Part shown: piece by piece, positions 23,818 to 23,916 of the stretch
Layout of the letters: every line of letters begins with the position of its first letter
Position numbering within the stretch: position 1 is the stretch's first letter
Origin: Breznakia blatticola
GTDB taxonomy: Bacteria; Bacillota_I; Bacilli_A; Erysipelotrichales; Erysipelotrichaceae
DNA: 23,916 bases
Direction of reading: 5' to 3'
Assembly (NCBI RefSeq): GCF_004365815.1
Contig: NZ_SODD01000039.1
Location: 1-23,916, forward strand
Program-made: the position numbers and the translations under genes
The notes under the pieces: generated by a model
Database searches by the model: none
Seen by the model: only the letters and a program-made list of their open reading frames with translations
Told to the model about the DNA's origin: nothing

Positions 23818-23916
23818 AGTTATTCTCCTGTTATGAAGTGACCATTGTCAAGAGTAAATTTACATTCATAATAACCTTAATTATTAAATTGTCATCAATG
23901 GCACATAAAAGCCCCG

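Noticed and set aside
23851-23856. TTGACA hexamer on the minus strand 34-39 nt upstream of the CLC start, as a promoter -35
   Set aside because: No acceptable -10 lies at 16-18 nt spacing, and the region where it should be contains the RBS GGAGAA. It is probably a chance match.
1-23916. CRISPR arrays, IS elements, integrases, prophage or toxin-antitoxin/defence modules
   Set aside because: No spaced direct-repeat arrays, terminal inverted repeats, or transposase, recombinase or nuclease-like ORFs were seen on either strand. All intergenic gaps are under 190 nt and are explained by promoters and terminators.

Overview
A 23.9 kb chromosomal window from a low-GC Bacillota-type genome, judged from GGAGG-type ribosome-binding sites, AT-rich intergenic DNA and hairpin plus T-run terminators. 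I cannot fix the order or genus by eye. I support 21 protein-coding genes. I found no rRNA, tRNA, CRISPR array, transposase, integrase or long repeat. Left part (1-9.4 kb) is housekeeping: a CYTH-domain protein divergent from NAD kinase, anaerobic ribonucleotide reductase nrdD-nrdG, an orphan AgrC-like histidine kinase with a LytTR response regulator, and purD-purB. Middle part (9.4-20.2 kb) is an accessory carbohydrate locus in several transcription units: a stand-alone IlvD/Edd-family dehydratase; a GlvA/MalH-like GH4 phospho-glycosidase with PTS EIICB; two tandem overlapping RpiR regulators; and a divergent operon of AEC permease, EIIA(Glc), glycerate kinase, KDPG aldolase and KDG kinase. 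Right part (20.2-23.9 kb) holds an OpuC-like ABC transporter (fused permease and substrate-binding protein, plus a short ATPase without CBS domains) and a convergent CLC channel with fluoride-type (CLC-F) signature motifs. The best candidate for something undescribed is the middle locus. It joins a phospho-alpha-glucoside PTS/GH4 module to aldonate dehydratase/KdgK/Eda and glycerate kinase steps, and the only EIIA gene sits in the sugar-acid operon. That suggests catabolism of a glucosylated sugar acid (glucosylglycerate or an aldobionate type). This is inference from gene content only. All functional calls rest on by-eye motif and family recognition, with no database search.
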